64,000 bases of DNA, from assembly GCA_044356335.1 (NCBI GenBank), contig JBIKWL010000003.1:9950-73949 (forward strand), in the 5' to 3' direction. The stretch comes from Candidatus Sericytochromatia bacterium. GTDB taxonomy: Bacteria > Cyanobacteriota > Sericytochromatia > UBA7694. Below, piece after piece: positions 63,122-64,000 of the stretch (positions within the stretch are counted from its first letter, which is position 1; each line of letters starts with the position of its first letter). Position numbers and translations under genes: made by a program. The notes beneath the pieces are model-generated. The model did no database searches. It saw nothing but the letters and a program-made list of their open reading frames with translations, and had not been told where the DNA came from.

Positions 63122-64000
63122 GTGCGCGCCAAAGTCGCCGTAGCGGGAGCCAGCGGCTATATTGGCTCATGCCTGATTGAGGCCCTCTTGCCGCATTACG
63201 ATGTGATTGCTCTCAGCCGGTCGCCCCAAGCAGATTCGCCAGGGGTGGAGTGGCGTTATTGTGATTTATTCTCACTGCTCCAAGCCGAAATGGGTCTGCA
63301 AGGCGCCGATTATGCTTTTTATCTGGTGCATTCAATGTTGCCTTCGGCCCACTTGAGCCAGGGCCACTTTGCCGATATGGACTTGATTCTGGCAGATAAT
63401 TTTGCCCGCGCCTGTCAACAGACGGGGGTTGCACATATTGTCTACCTCGGTGGGATTATTCCTGAATTTGGCGACCTCTCTTCACACTTGCGCAGTCGCC
63501 TAGAAGTCGAGCAAACCCTGGCGGATTACCGCGTGCCCGTGACTTCGATTCGGGCCTCGATCATTGTGGGGCCCCGTGGGTCTTCGTTTCAAATTATCGA
63601 AAAGCTGGTCAAACGTCTGCCGATCATGCTTTGCCCGCCTTGGACCTTGACCCAAACCCAACCGATTGCGCTTGATGACGTGATCAGCATTTTGGTCAAA
63701 ACGCTCGGCCAAAAAGAATTGTTTTGGCGTTTCTTTGATGTGGGTGGGCCAGATATCCTCAGCTATCTCGATCTGATGAAAGTCACTGCCCAGGTGATGA
63801 AACTCAAACGCCTGATTCTGCCGATGCCCTGGATGCCTGTCAAGGTTTCGCGTTTTTGGGTCAGTTTAATTGCCAGTGCCCCACCCGAATTGGTGAATCC
63901 ACTGGTGGAAAGCCTCAAGTACCCGATGGTGGCGCATTCACTGGAATTACAAACTCTCTTGGGAATTGAGGGAATGGGCTTTGCTGAAGCCGTTGAAAAG
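63122..64000 (+). CDS. NAD(P)-binding atypical SDR / epimerase-like protein; 3' end cut by window edge
   Basis: This ORF is not in the supplied track. My own translation from GTG 63122 is open to the window end: VRAKVAVAGASGYIGSCLIEALL (GxxGxxG Rossmann) ... IVYLGGI ... SRLEVEQTL. Confidence 0.75.
   Translation, partial: MRAKVAVAGASGYIGSCLIEALLPHYDVIALSRSPQADSPGVEWRYCDLFSLLQAEMGLQGADYAFYLVHSMLPSAHLSQGHFADMDLILADNFARACQQTGVAHIVYLGGIIPEFGDLSSHLRSRLEVEQTLADYRVPVTSIRASIIVGPRGSSFQIIEKLVKRLPIMLCPPWTLTQTQPIALDDVISILVKTLGQKELFWRFFDVGGPDILSYLDLMKVTAQVMKLKRLILPMPWMPVKVSRFWVSLIASAPPELVNPLVESLKYPMVAHSLELQTLLGIEGMGFAEAVEK

Noticed and set aside
1-64000. I scanned the window for rRNA, tRNA, CRISPR arrays, transposases/integrases, reverse transcriptases, toxin-antitoxin pairs and known defence-system gene sets.
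   Set aside because: I found no T-loop/acceptor-like tRNA signature, no spaced direct-repeat array and no DDE/tyrosine-recombinase/RT motifs in any ORF. Intergenic regions are all 400 nt or shorter. This was a scan by eye, not a covariance-model search, so small RNAs could be missed.

Overview
This is a densely coding bacterial chromosomal segment of moderate GC (judged by eye). I support about 53 protein-coding genes. I recognised no rRNA, tRNA, CRISPR array, transposase, integrase or phage structural gene. All protein calls rest on motifs read from the supplied translations; no homology search was possible.

The content mixes housekeeping genes with envelope and accessory genes:
- Housekeeping: aroB, proline dehydrogenase, crotonase, S9 and M16 peptidases, CcdA, FtsB-like, Cry-DASH, Ada/AlkA plus Ogt, UvrD-like and Upf1-like helicases.
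- Envelope and accessory: three orphan PilB/GspE/PilT-family ATPases, a pilin gene, GT2 and GT-C-like glycosyltransferases, an NlpC/P60 peptidase, a Ser/Thr kinase with TPR repeats.

The items most worth a second look are:
1. A tightly coupled six-gene minus-strand operon (30000-37137). It encodes a six-fold Trp-containing repeat protein, a B12-type radical SAM enzyme, a CPBP intramembrane-protease homolog, a propeller-like protein and two YkgJ-type Cys-cluster proteins. It may be a protein/peptide modification module.
2. A type IV pilin gene interrupted by a single in-frame TAG (37617-37619).
3. Two paralogous GspE/PilB-like ATPases with degenerate catalytic boxes and a shared novel C-terminal tail, plus a PilT-like ATPase with a long N-terminal extension.
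4. An orphan FAAL - ACP - (TubC_N docking)-luciferase-like monooxygenase cassette (59316-62477).
5. A candidate ~95-nt minus-strand sRNA with its own promoter and intrinsic terminator (41906-42038).
6. A perfect 23-bp tandem duplication that creates the stop codon of ORF 40686-41744.

Nothing here matches a known defence system or mobile element. The 'novel system' claims are hypotheses from gene order and motifs only.
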